Part shown: piece by piece, positions 1 to 8,315 of the stretch | How the letters are laid out: each line of letters opens with the position of its first letter | How positions within the stretch are numbered: position 1 is the first letter of the stretch | DNA from: an uncultured Pirellula sp. | GTDB lineage: Bacteria; Planctomycetota; Planctomycetia; Pirellulales; PNKZ01 | NCBI GenBank assembly: GCA_964633125.1 | Contig: CAZWDN010000001.1 | Coordinates: 2,827 to 66,826, forward strand | Direction of reading: 5' to 3' | Length of the DNA: 64,000 nt | The notes under the pieces: generated by a model | What the model was told of the DNA's origin: nothing | Seen by the model: the letters and a program-made list of their open reading frames with translations, nothing else | Database searches by the model: none | Made by a program: the position numbers and the translations under genes

Positions 1-439
1 GAAATGTGGAGAACTGCGCCGTGCCGTCGGGATCCTCCAACCGGCTGCCGACCATGGCGGCTTCAGGATGTTGTTCTAAGAAGTCGACCAGCGTTTGGAG
101 AGCACCCGGATAGACCTGCGTATCGGAATTGAGCAGCAGTACGAATTCCGGCTTGTCGGCTCCGGCGAGGGCCGGGCGAATCACTTCGTTATTGCCGTAG
201 GCAAAGCCGCCGTTGCGTGCGAGCGGCATCAACTGCGCCCACGCTTGCCACCCGCGCTCTTCGATGGCCGCGCCGATGCGGCGCACGGAATCGTCTCCCG
301 ATAAATTGTCGGTGACGACGACGCGCGAGTCGGCGGGCAGGCCCCCTTCCGCTGCCAGCGACCCTAGGCAGTCGATGGTGAGGGCCGGCGTGCGGTAGTT
401 GACGATAACGACGAGCAGCTTCAAGGACGAATCTCCCAC
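1..439 (-). CDS. Family 2 (GT-A fold) glycosyltransferase, N-terminal part only; the gene runs off the left edge
   Basis: Absent from the ORF track because it has no stop in the window. My reverse-strand translation from GTG at 439 reads VGDSSLKLLVVIVNYRTPALTIDCLGSLAAEGGLPADSRVVVTDNLSGDDSVRRIGAAIEERGWQAWAQLMPLARNGGFAYGNNEVIRPAL..FVLLLNSDT. VIVNYR, D-N-x-S-x-D and N-G-GFA-x-GNN are typical GT2 N-terminal motifs. The gene starts 13 nt after the stop of the 453..2357 gene on the same strand. Confidence 0.7.
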   Translation of the reverse strand, partial: MGDSSLKLLVVIVNYRTPALTIDCLGSLAAEGGLPADSRVVVTDNLSGDDSVRRIGAAIEERGWQAWAQLMPLARNGGFAYGNNEVIRPALAGADKPEFVLLLNSDTQVYPGALQTLVDFLEQHPEAAMVGSRLEDPDGTAQFSTF

Positions 440-452
440 GGCATTGCTTGGC

Positions 453-2357
453 TTACGAAGTGCTCGACGCCGGCACCAAATAGCGGGTCAGCAAATAACC
501 GGTTAGGGCTTGAAGCAAGGCGGTCCGGGGCGCGCGGCGCGAAAACGTGTGGTCCCCTTGCGGAATCGTCTCCAGATGCAGTTCGCCGCTACGCAGCCAT
601 TGCTTGGTTTCTCGCGGTGCATGGTACGCCATCACCGCGTGCCCGGGATCGTTCTCGGCGAGAAACATCGCGAGCCTGCGCCCCGCCGCCGCCGTGCGCG
701 CGAGGTCGGCCGCGAGGTTGTTGTCGGTCGGGTGACCGAGCACGGTCGGAGGAAACTGCGAGCGTTCGGTCGGCGATTGCTCGCGCTTCTGCACGAGATG
801 TCGCAGCCGACGCCCCAGCAATTTCACGGCGTCTATGTAACCGATGTCGGTCTTGCCGCGGAGAAACTTCCAAAGCTTACGAGCATTCGTGGCCCGCGCC
901 ATGCGGCAATGGTCCTGCATGAGCTTTTCCGCGCCGGAGGCGTCGAACGGCATGCCGGCTTCCCAATGGAACGTGAGCGGATTGATCAGCACGCTTTCGA
1001 TGAGCGTCGGGTCGGAAAGTTGGGCCGCCGATTGGAACGCGGCGTACGCTCCCGAGCAGAGCCCGACCAGCACGCAGCGCGTGACGCCGAATTGCTCGCG
1101 AAGTTCCCGAATCGCACGTTGTATGTCGTGAAATGCCGTGCTCGGATACGGATCGTTTTCTTGCTCAGGGTCGCGACACACGCTGTCGCCGAGGCCGTTG
1201 ACGTCGAGACGCAGGCAGCGGAATCCTTGGCTTGCCAAGTGGCGCGTGAGTTCGACGTAGATGCGTCCGGGCCCGACGTGGTTGGCCGCTCCGGCGTTGA
1301 GCACGATGACGGCCGGCAAATCTCCGTCGGTGTTCGTCGGTTCGACCAGAACGCCGAACAACTGCTCCGGGCCGATGCGCAGTACGCGCTCGTGGAGCGT
1401 GCGAATCTTTTCCGGATCGGCCGCCGGTGCGTACGAAACGATCGCTTGTGCCGGGCCGGCTTTCGCGACATCCGACTCCAGCGTGCCGGCACTCGGCACG
1501 AGGATATGCTCGCCAAGCCATTGAGCAATATCGCCGACGGCCTGCCGCGGAACGCGGCTAAAGTGCGGTTCGGCCATCATCTCCGCATAGCCCGGCGGCG
1601 AAAGATGCGTGACCGGAATTTCAAATTGTGCAAAACGCTCGACGAGGCGCTTGTCCGTGGGACCGACGACGAGCGCTTGCAAGCAGCTCAGTTGCTTCTG
1701 CAGCAGGTTGAGCTTCGTGAATTGCTCGGCGGTCTCTTCGCTCACGAGAAAGCCCGCGGCTTCGATGTCGCCGGCGGCGGCATCCGTCGGGCGCGGCCGG
1801 AGTTCGGTCATTTGCTCGATGGTCTGCATCTGTCGCATGAACGACTTACCGCATGTGACCGGCGCCCAGAGCACGAGATTGTCGCACTCGTCGGGCCCGA
1901 TCGCTTCGACGGCGAGCATCGCCCCCATGCGTAGACCGACGATACTGATGCGCCGGCAGCCGAGCGTGTTGCGCATCCATGCGATCGCGTCGCGAACGTT
2001 TTGATGCCAGGCGGCCCGGCGCGACGGATCGGCGTCGCTGCCGGCGGAATCGCCGGTGCCGTGCCAGTCGAAGCGCAGTGTGGGAATGCCCTGCCGTGCG
2101 ACGGCATCGGCCAGATGCCGCAAGCTGCGGTTGGCGTGCAGTTGTTCGAACCCGACCGGTGCGCAGATCAGAACGCCGTGGTCTACATGGCTCGCTTGCG
2201 GCGACATATGCAACCACGCGAGCAGCGGTTCGTTGCGGCTGGTCAGATAGAACGCCGTGCGCGCAACGTCGGATTGCTGCGAAGTGGTCCCCTTCGCAGC
2301 GGCGGACGTCAGCAAATGCTCCGTCGGCTCGGTAATGGTCAGCGACATACAGTGCAC
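453..2357 (-). CDS. Tandem alpha/beta-hydrolase-fold protein (two hydrolase halves, non-serine nucleophile elbows)
   Basis: The 634-aa ORF has two alpha/beta-hydrolase-like halves. The elbow positions read IVGLRMGAMLA (G141-L-R-M-G145) and LVGLCSGAYAAF (G432-L-C-S-G436). There is a 3-nt gap to the upstream GH2 gene. GTG at 2357 or ATG at 2348 are both possible starts. Confidence 0.7.
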   Translation of the reverse strand: MHCMSLTITEPTEHLLTSAAAKGTTSQQSDVARTAFYLTSRNEPLLAWLHMSPQASHVDHGVLICAPVGFEQLHANRSLRHLADAVARQGIPTLRFDWHGTGDSAGSDADPSRRAAWHQNVRDAIAWMRNTLGCRRISIVGLRMGAMLAVEAIGPDECDNLVLWAPVTCGKSFMRQMQTIEQMTELRPRPTDAAAGDIEAAGFLVSEETAEQFTKLNLLQKQLSCLQALVVGPTDKRLVERFAQFEIPVTHLSPPGYAEMMAEPHFSRVPRQAVGDIAQWLGEHILVPSAGTLESDVAKAGPAQAIVSYAPAADPEKIRTLHERVLRIGPEQLFGVLVEPTNTDGDLPAVIVLNAGAANHVGPGRIYVELTRHLASQGFRCLRLDVNGLGDSVCRDPEQENDPYPSTAFHDIQRAIRELREQFGVTRCVLVGLCSGAYAAFQSAAQLSDPTLIESVLINPLTFHWEAGMPFDASGAEKLMQDHCRMARATNARKLWKFLRGKTDIGYIDAVKLLGRRLRHLVQKREQSPTERSQFPPTVLGHPTDNNLAADLARTAAAGRRLAMFLAENDPGHAVMAYHAPRETKQWLRSGELHLETIPQGDHTFSRRAPRTALLQALTGYLLTRYLVPASSTS

Positions 2358-2360
2358 GTC

Positions 2361-4889
2361 CTAGGTCTGGTCGACGTCTACGGGAATGGTTAGTTCGGAG
2401 TCGAGATTCAAGGCTTCCAAGGTCGGGCGGAAAGCGCGGGCGACGTCGTCGCGAGGTGTGAACGTCACGACTTTCGTGCGAGTTGGGGCGAGGTGGAAGT
2501 AGTTGTCGTCCGGAAGGTATCCGTCGGCGTGCAGGCGGACCGTGTCGAGCAATACTTCGGTGTTCATGGTGACTTGATACGTGCACTCCATGCTGCGGAC
2601 GGCGGATGCCCGAACTGCAGGAGCCGAAACGCGGCCGGACGTAAGATGTCGCAAGAAGTGCACGGCTTCGCTGAGCACTTGGCCGTCGGATGCGTGCCAC
2701 CGGGCGACGACCACTTCGTGCTGCGGCGGACCGAAACGGTAGGCGTAGGCGGAATCGGTAAAACATCCGAGAAGGGCGTCGCCGCCGATCCGTTGCCGCG
2801 AGCGAGGGGCGAGCCGCACGGGGCTGCACGCACGCGCAATCATCGTGTTCGGCGACTTGAGCAGTTCGAACTCGATCATACCTTCGCAGAGTTGATCGGT
2901 TTCATTCGTGAGGTGCAGGTCGAAGCCGTTGAGGCCTTCGTCGGTGAGCGTGAGCTGCCGCGTTTGCCACGAGCGCTTGAGGTAGTAGTACGCGGCCTTC
3001 GGCAAACCGGTGGAATCGACGACGCCCCAGCCGGCTCCCGGCCAAAGGTCTTTATAGAACCACGTAAGCGCCCCGCCGCAACGCGAATGCGTACTTCGCC
3101 ACTCCGAGAAGGCCGCGGCCATCATTTCGCCCGTGACGGCTCGGCTCAATTCGAGGTAGCGCGGCATATCGAACGAGCGCAGTTGCGCCGGGTCGACGCC
3201 GAACGTCGCCCGGAGATAGTGATCGCGAACGTCTTCGAAGTCCCACCCTGCTCCGCCGTCGCGCGGCACTCGCTGCTTCCAGGTCGGATCGTGCAGCACG
3301 GGATGGCCGCCTCGCGTCACGGCGTAGATCGTTTCCGGCTCCGGAAGGTTCGCAAAGCCGAGGCACTCCGGCGTGAACTTGACATCGGCGCGGCGCAGAT
3401 CGGTCGTCTGTCGCAAATAGGCGCCGACTCCGTAGTAGTGCGTGATGCCGGTGTGTGTATGGAACGGCAGCACGCCGCCCGTCGGCGTCGACGGAACGTA
3501 AACCGTGCCCGGGTGCAACTCCGCGCAGAGTTCCGGCAGTTCGCGAGAGAACCAGTCGTTCGTCCATCGTTCGCGCGGCATCCCGAGCATTGCCGCTTGT
3601 TGCTCGATTTCGCTGTTGCCGCAGTATGCGACGACCGACGGATGCCGAGCGAGCCGCGTGAGTTGTTCGGTCGCTTCGGCGCGGATGTTCTCACGGAAGC
3701 CGGCGTCGTCGACCGGGTAATCCATGTTGGCGAACATGAAGTCCTGCCAAACGAGCAAGCCGAGTTCGTCGCAGAGTCGATAGAACGCTTCGCTCTCGTA
3801 TTGCATCGTGCCGCCGACGCGGAGCATGTTCGCTCCCGCGTCGCGGGCCAGCACTAGGTCGCGACGGAGCGCCCGTTCATCGCCCCCGCGCGACAGGAGA
3901 TCGCCGATGGTCCAGCACGCCCCGCGGCAGAAGACCTCCGCATCGTTGATGAATAGCGCAAAGCCGTCTTCGGTGCAGACTTCGACCTTGCGGAATCCGA
4001 GCGGCGTTTGCGGGTACTCGATGGTTTCGCCGTCGACTTCGAGCGTAAGCCGACAAGCGAGCAGATTCGGTGTGCCGTGCGTGTGCGGCGACCAAAGCGG
4101 AGCGTTCGGGATCTGCATTTCGCCCGTGATGTTCCAGCCGTCGGCGGTGGGCGTGATTGCTAGCGGCGCTTCGTGTTCGCCGACAAATATTGCCGCGATC
4201 TCCGGTGCGATCGGGCTGTACAACTTAGCGCTGATCATGACGATGCCGGTGGTGCCTTCAAGCGTCGGCGTGATCCGAAGACCATCGAGCAGTGCCGGGC
4301 CCGATTCAATGCGAACAACACGCCAAGGTCCGATAGCCGGAGCACAGGGCGCCCAGCCGGGAATGCGACCGACAAGCGATGTGCGATGCCATCGCAACTG
4401 CTGGTTGCGTACGAGGTTCGTTTTCCACCGCGGCCGCGGGCGTTTTTGCTTGAGCAACTCCGTGAGTGAGTGGAAGCAAAGCAGCAGCTCGTTTTCATCC
4501 TCCAACAGCGAGCCGACGCCGACTGAATACGCACGAAACATGTTGTCCGTGCTAAGAATCTTTCGGCCGTTCAGCCAGATGTCGGTCGAGGTCGCGAGGC
4601 CGTCGAAGCAAATGCGATAAGGCCGGCTGTCGTCGATGCTCGGGCCTGCGAACGTCGTACGGTACCACCACTCTTGAGCGTCGATGTCGGTCGGCTGAGC
4701 GAAATCCCACTCTCCCACTGCGTGGAGGGCTTGTGCAACGGTGCCCGGCACCAGCGCCGGCAACATGCGTCCGTCGCCCTCGGTAAAGCTTGGCGGCGTC
4801 GCTGCCCCCGGCAATCGCCCGAGCAAAGACCAGGGGCCGAGGGTCAATGCTTCGGCCCAAGCGGCCATGACGCTGAGTGACGTGTTCAT
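2361..4889 (-). CDS. Glycoside hydrolase family 2 protein (beta-mannosidase-like architecture)
   Basis: 842 aa. The N-terminal sugar-binding region contains WWYRTTF and DIWLNG. The TIM-barrel region contains VVAYCGNSEIEQ (acid/base-type N-x-E) and KFTPECLGFANLP (candidate nucleophile Glu). Amino-acid composition is balanced, unlike the overlapping Arg-rich shadow ORFs. Confidence 0.7.
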   Translation of the reverse strand: MNTSLSVMAAWAEALTLGPWSLLGRLPGAATPPSFTEGDGRMLPALVPGTVAQALHAVGEWDFAQPTDIDAQEWWYRTTFAGPSIDDSRPYRICFDGLATSTDIWLNGRKILSTDNMFRAYSVGVGSLLEDENELLLCFHSLTELLKQKRPRPRWKTNLVRNQQLRWHRTSLVGRIPGWAPCAPAIGPWRVVRIESGPALLDGLRITPTLEGTTGIVMISAKLYSPIAPEIAAIFVGEHEAPLAITPTADGWNITGEMQIPNAPLWSPHTHGTPNLLACRLTLEVDGETIEYPQTPLGFRKVEVCTEDGFALFINDAEVFCRGACWTIGDLLSRGGDERALRRDLVLARDAGANMLRVGGTMQYESEAFYRLCDELGLLVWQDFMFANMDYPVDDAGFRENIRAEATEQLTRLARHPSVVAYCGNSEIEQQAAMLGMPRERWTNDWFSRELPELCAELHPGTVYVPSTPTGGVLPFHTHTGITHYYGVGAYLRQTTDLRRADVKFTPECLGFANLPEPETIYAVTRGGHPVLHDPTWKQRVPRDGGAGWDFEDVRDHYLRATFGVDPAQLRSFDMPRYLELSRAVTGEMMAAAFSEWRSTHSRCGGALTWFYKDLWPGAGWGVVDSTGLPKAAYYYLKRSWQTRQLTLTDEGLNGFDLHLTNETDQLCEGMIEFELLKSPNTMIARACSPVRLAPRSRQRIGGDALLGCFTDSAYAYRFGPPQHEVVVARWHASDGQVLSEAVHFLRHLTSGRVSAPAVRASAVRSMECTYQVTMNTEVLLDTVRLHADGYLPDDNYFHLAPTRTKVVTFTPRDDVARAFRPTLEALNLDSELTIPVDVDQT

Positions 4890-4916
4890 CGGTTACGACT
4901 CCTCCACGTGTCGGTA

Positions 4917-5888
4917 TTAGAGGAATCGCTTCGCAAGACCGTCAGTCGTCGCTTGCCAGGTGCCGGCGAGTTCGTCGACCGGCGCGAGATCCAGCGGCTT
5001 TCTGCGCGCGATGGCCCGAGCCAGCTGAAACTGCAGCGTCTTCGCACCGATGGAAAGTGCAATAAATCCCGACGTGGCGTTTTCTAGGCCGTCGACGTGG
5101 TGTTCTTCAAGCCACTTTAGGTACGTTGCGGCACATTCAAAGCTTGCGCCGAATTGCCGAAGCGTGGCGAACGAGTATTGATGGAACATTTCTAGCGACG
5201 CGCCGGCGAGCCATTGCAGATCGGCGGCGAACCGTGCTTTAAACTTGTTGAACGGGTTTTCCGTCGGCAACCGGCACAGATGGCGACGCAGCACTTCGAG
5301 CGATGCGGCGATCAATCGCTCGCCGATCGGCGGCGCAGGGTTACGGCGTTTGACGATTTCCGCGTAAGGCGGCAGGACGTCCGGTGAGAAGTTCCCTGTC
5401 ATGCGGAAGACGTTGAGAAAATCGTCACCGGCGAGTTCGTAATAGCCCTGGCCATGAAAATAGCCGAGCCTTCGGGCGGCGACGTCGATCTCCATCGCGG
5501 CGACCGTCGATTTGACGTGCGCCGTGTGATAGGCCGTGCCTGCCGTATCGGGCAAGTAGTACGAATCGAGTTCGACCAGCATCGGCCGGCCAAGTCCAAG
5601 TTGCTCGTCGACATGAACTTCCAGCGGACGCCAAATCGCCAGCTCTTGCACGTCGAGCCCGAAGAGTTCTTCGAGATCGGCATGCGGAAACTTGAAGAAG
5701 GTCCACTGGTCCCCCTCAAAGTCGATGGTCGTCGTGAACGGCATCGCCGCGATCGGCTCGAAGCCCCACGCGTGAAGCAGTTCGATCCAAACGTCGACGT
5801 AGCAGTTCGTTTCGGCCCAACTCCGCTCCTGTGTGTGGAGCCGATGCCGTTGATGGTCGGTCGGGCTAAGAGTGAGTTCGCCGAGCAT
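4917..5888 (-). CDS. DUF1839-like protein (partner family of amino acid:carrier-protein ligases)
   Basis: I chose the start at the internal ATG (M61 of the 383-aa track ORF; MLGELTLSPTDHQ...). The upstream extension is Arg-rich and lies inside the ligase gene. The ATG overlaps the ligase stop by 1 nt (TAATG). The sequence ETNCYVDVWIELLHAWGFEP..DFEGDQWTFFKFP matches my memory of PF08893; this needs an HMM check. Confidence 0.6.
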   Translation of the reverse strand: MLGELTLSPTDHQRHRLHTQERSWAETNCYVDVWIELLHAWGFEPIAAMPFTTTIDFEGDQWTFFKFPHADLEELFGLDVQELAIWRPLEVHVDEQLGLGRPMLVELDSYYLPDTAGTAYHTAHVKSTVAAMEIDVAARRLGYFHGQGYYELAGDDFLNVFRMTGNFSPDVLPPYAEIVKRRNPAPPIGERLIAASLEVLRRHLCRLPTENPFNKFKARFAADLQWLAGASLEMFHQYSFATLRQFGASFECAATYLKWLEEHHVDGLENATSGFIALSIGAKTLQFQLARAIARRKPLDLAPVDELAGTWQATTDGLAKRFL

Positions 5889-6817
5889 TAGAGACCGAGC
5901 GTGTTCTTGACGTCGTGAGGCCAAAGGTCCGGATCGAAGCCGTGCTTCATGAAGAGCGCCAAAGCGATGCGCTCCAGGCCGAAGCCGATGCACGAAGTGT
6001 GGGCATCTTCGCCGTCGGGCGTGCGAATGCCGAACTTGTGGCCGAAGTGATTTTGGTGGTAGTTGCAAGAGGTGATCGCCGTCGGCTTCTCGGCCGAGGC
6101 AACTTCGTGTACGAGTTCGAACTTGAGGACCTGCTCAATTTGCGCTGCCGCCATCACCTTGCCGCCCCGGCCGAAGAATGGATCGTTGGCGACGACCGCT
6201 TCCGCTTCGAGGCCGACGTGGTTGAGGATTTCGGTGCCGAGCTTGAGCCAATATTCGCGATGCGCGAGCGCCTGTTCGGCCGTGCCGAGGCGAACAAACT
6301 CCCGTTGCCGGAAAATCTGCAGCCGGGCCGGATCGAGCGACGGCTCATGTCGAAACACGAACGAACGCAAGTCGACCGTGCGCCCTTCGGCCGGCAGGGT
6401 GCCTTTGGCCGTCGGATAGAGCGGGTAGCAGGCTGCGGGGGTGAGCATGATCTGGGTCGGGGTCAGGTGCTCGGTCCAGTCTTCCCCCCTCTTTTTCTTA
6501 TCGAGCATCTTCAAATGGTCGCGCTCGCCGCCGGTGAACGAATGCACCGACCCCAAGAGATCGGGGAAGTTGTCGATGTGCGTCATCTGCAGGTAGTGCG
6601 CCCGATTCATAATCGCCGGAAAGCGCATCACCTCGGCCTGCAAATGGCTGCCGCGCACGGTGACGTACCGCTCGAAGCGTTCGATCACGTCTTCAAACGC
6701 GCCGCTGAAGCCGTAGAGCCCGTCGACTTCCATCGAAATGAGAAGTCCGGCCTCGACGAGTCGGTCGCGGCAGCGGCGGTACGTTTCCGTCAGCGATTCG
6801 GTGGCGATGCACGACAT
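5888..6817 (-). CDS. Amino acid--[acyl-carrier-protein] ligase (tRNA-domain-less class II aaRS / methanogen-type SerRS homologue)
   Basis: 309 aa, consisting of the catalytic core only. It has a class II motif 2-like SFVFRHEPSLDPARLQIFRQREFVRLG and a motif 3-like SCIGFGLERIALALF. Cys residues in TPAACYPLY and TSCNYH/HTSCIGFG are compatible with a Zn site. It sits between the ACAD-like and DUF1839 genes and close to a small carrier protein. Confidence 0.8.
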   Translation of the reverse strand: MSCIATESLTETYRRCRDRLVEAGLLISMEVDGLYGFSGAFEDVIERFERYVTVRGSHLQAEVMRFPAIMNRAHYLQMTHIDNFPDLLGSVHSFTGGERDHLKMLDKKKRGEDWTEHLTPTQIMLTPAACYPLYPTAKGTLPAEGRTVDLRSFVFRHEPSLDPARLQIFRQREFVRLGTAEQALAHREYWLKLGTEILNHVGLEAEAVVANDPFFGRGGKVMAAAQIEQVLKFELVHEVASAEKPTAITSCNYHQNHFGHKFGIRTPDGEDAHTSCIGFGLERIALALFMKHGFDPDLWPHDVKNTLGL

Positions 6818-6822
6818 AAGCG

Positions 6823-8022
6823 TTAGTGTCCTTCTCGGTGCGCGAGCAACATCGTGGCGTTAAGTTTCGTAATGCGGTCGTTATTTACCATCAGCGCGGC
6901 TCCGTAGGCGTCGCGCAGGTGACGGGCCAAGCTGAATTTCGAATCGTTGCGGTAGCCGGAGATGCCGTTGATCAGTAGGGCCTTGCCCACGATTTCGACG
7001 ATCTTCTGCGAGCAGGACAACTTCAGGTTGTTGGTACGAATCGGAAAACCGAAGCCTTCGAAAGCCGCGTCGCAAGTCGACGTGAGTTTCTCGTGATACT
7101 CGCGAGCGAGCGAATAGACGTTGTGCCGCATCTCTTGCAGCATCAAGTCGACCTCGGCCAAGCGAACGGCTGACAGCGGTGTTTCACCGGGCGTCTTGCG
7201 AGCTTCCACCCGTACGAACGCCCGCGAGCGATTGACGGCGTCGGCGGCAATGCCGGACCAGAGCGCTCCCCAGACGATATGCGAATAGGGGTGCATAGTC
7301 TCGGCGAGAATCTCGTTGAACGACGTCGGCAGAATCTGCTCGACGTTTCCTTGAGCGGTCAGCGTGAAGCCGGAGCTGCACGTGCCGCGGAAGCCCATGG
7401 TGTCCCAGGTCGAGAGGGGCTCGGCCTGATATTCGCCCCGGCGCACCAGGAGGTGGACTTGATCGGTGGCCGGAGATTCCGGCGAGCGGCGGGCCGTCAC
7501 GAGGATGTCGTCGGCATGCTCGCCGTACGAAATAACGGGGGCCTTCTTCGTGACCTTGAACGTCTCGCCGTCGACCTCCACGGCGCAGATGCTGGAGAGC
7601 AAATCGCCGCCGGTGCCGACTTCCGTGGTCGCCGAGGCCATGAGCCGTTGCTCTTCGACGAGCTGCCGTAGGTAGCGGCGGAAGTAGTCGGATTCTTGCG
7701 CATGATGGACGACGCACGCGACTTGGATGCAGTGCATCGCGTAGATCATCGCGGTCGAACCGCAATAGTGGCCGAGCGTCTCGCAAATCTTGGTGGTCTC
7801 GACGATGTTCAGTCCGAAGCCGCCGTATTCCACGGGGACATAAGCGCTCAAGAACTTCCCTTCGCGCAAGGCGGCGAACGCTTCTACGGGAAAGCGAGCG
7901 TCTTCGTCGACCGAAGCGGCATACGGCGCCAGCGCCGTTTCGCCGATGGCGTGAGCTTGCGCGAGCAAATCAGCGAACTCGGCCGGCGAAATGCGCTCGT
8001 TACGAACTATCGTCGTGATCAT
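6823..8022 (-). CDS. Acyl-CoA dehydrogenase family flavoprotein (probably acting on a carrier-protein-bound substrate)
   Basis: Start set at ATG 8022 (MITTIVRNERISPAEF...); the longer track ORF overlaps the ACP gene. It shows the three-domain ACAD pattern: PVEYGGFGLNIVETTKI, ATTEVGTGGDL..WDTMGFRGTCSSGFTL and LARHLRDAYGAALMVNNDRI. There is a 5-nt gap to the ligase gene. Confidence 0.75.
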   Translation of the reverse strand: MITTIVRNERISPAEFADLLAQAHAIGETALAPYAASVDEDARFPVEAFAALREGKFLSAYVPVEYGGFGLNIVETTKICETLGHYCGSTAMIYAMHCIQVACVVHHAQESDYFRRYLRQLVEEQRLMASATTEVGTGGDLLSSICAVEVDGETFKVTKKAPVISYGEHADDILVTARRSPESPATDQVHLLVRRGEYQAEPLSTWDTMGFRGTCSSGFTLTAQGNVEQILPTSFNEILAETMHPYSHIVWGALWSGIAADAVNRSRAFVRVEARKTPGETPLSAVRLAEVDLMLQEMRHNVYSLAREYHEKLTSTCDAAFEGFGFPIRTNNLKLSCSQKIVEIVGKALLINGISGYRNDSKFSLARHLRDAYGAALMVNNDRITKLNATMLLAHREGH

Positions 8023-8048
8023 GTATCGTGCTCGGGGAGAGTGGCGAA

Positions 8049-8315
8049 CTAGCGGGCCAGTTTGGCGACCGCTTCCGAAATCGAAGCGATGGTGCGGAAC
8101 GTTCCTCGGCTCAACATCGATTCGGGGAACTCGATGTCGAAGCGTTCTTCCAGGGCGAGCATGAGGCCGACCGTGGCGAGCGACGTGAGGCCGATCGAAT
8201 AGAGGTCGCGCTGCGGATCGAGAGCGCTCACGTCGACCGGCACGCCGATGTGCTCGGCGACGACTTCCTTCACGGATTCCAGGTCGACCGCGGCCGGCGA
8301 GTTCGTAGGAGTCAT
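8049..8315 (-). CDS. Acyl/aminoacyl carrier protein (phosphopantetheine-binding)
   Basis: 88 aa. ACP-like helix II region DLYSIGLTSLATVGLMLALEERFDIEF, with Ser in G-L-T-S-L as the likely 4'-phosphopantetheine site. It is the first gene of the operon, 26 nt upstream of the ACAD-like gene. Confidence 0.8.
   Translation of the reverse strand: MTPTNSPAAVDLESVKEVVAEHIGVPVDVSALDPQRDLYSIGLTSLATVGLMLALEERFDIEFPESMLSRGTFRTIASISEAVAKLAR

Noticed and set aside
510-1934. Long opposite-strand or alternative-frame ORFs overlapping real genes. Examples: 510-1934(+), 1846-2829(-), 2493-3857(+), 5915-6826(+), 33950-34741(-), 47745-49037(+), 50407-52056(+) and 58471-59349(-).
   Set aside because: They are extremely Arg/Ala/Gly/Pro-rich, have no recognisable motifs, and each fully overlaps a gene with clear family signatures. 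These are typical shadow ORFs of high-GC DNA.
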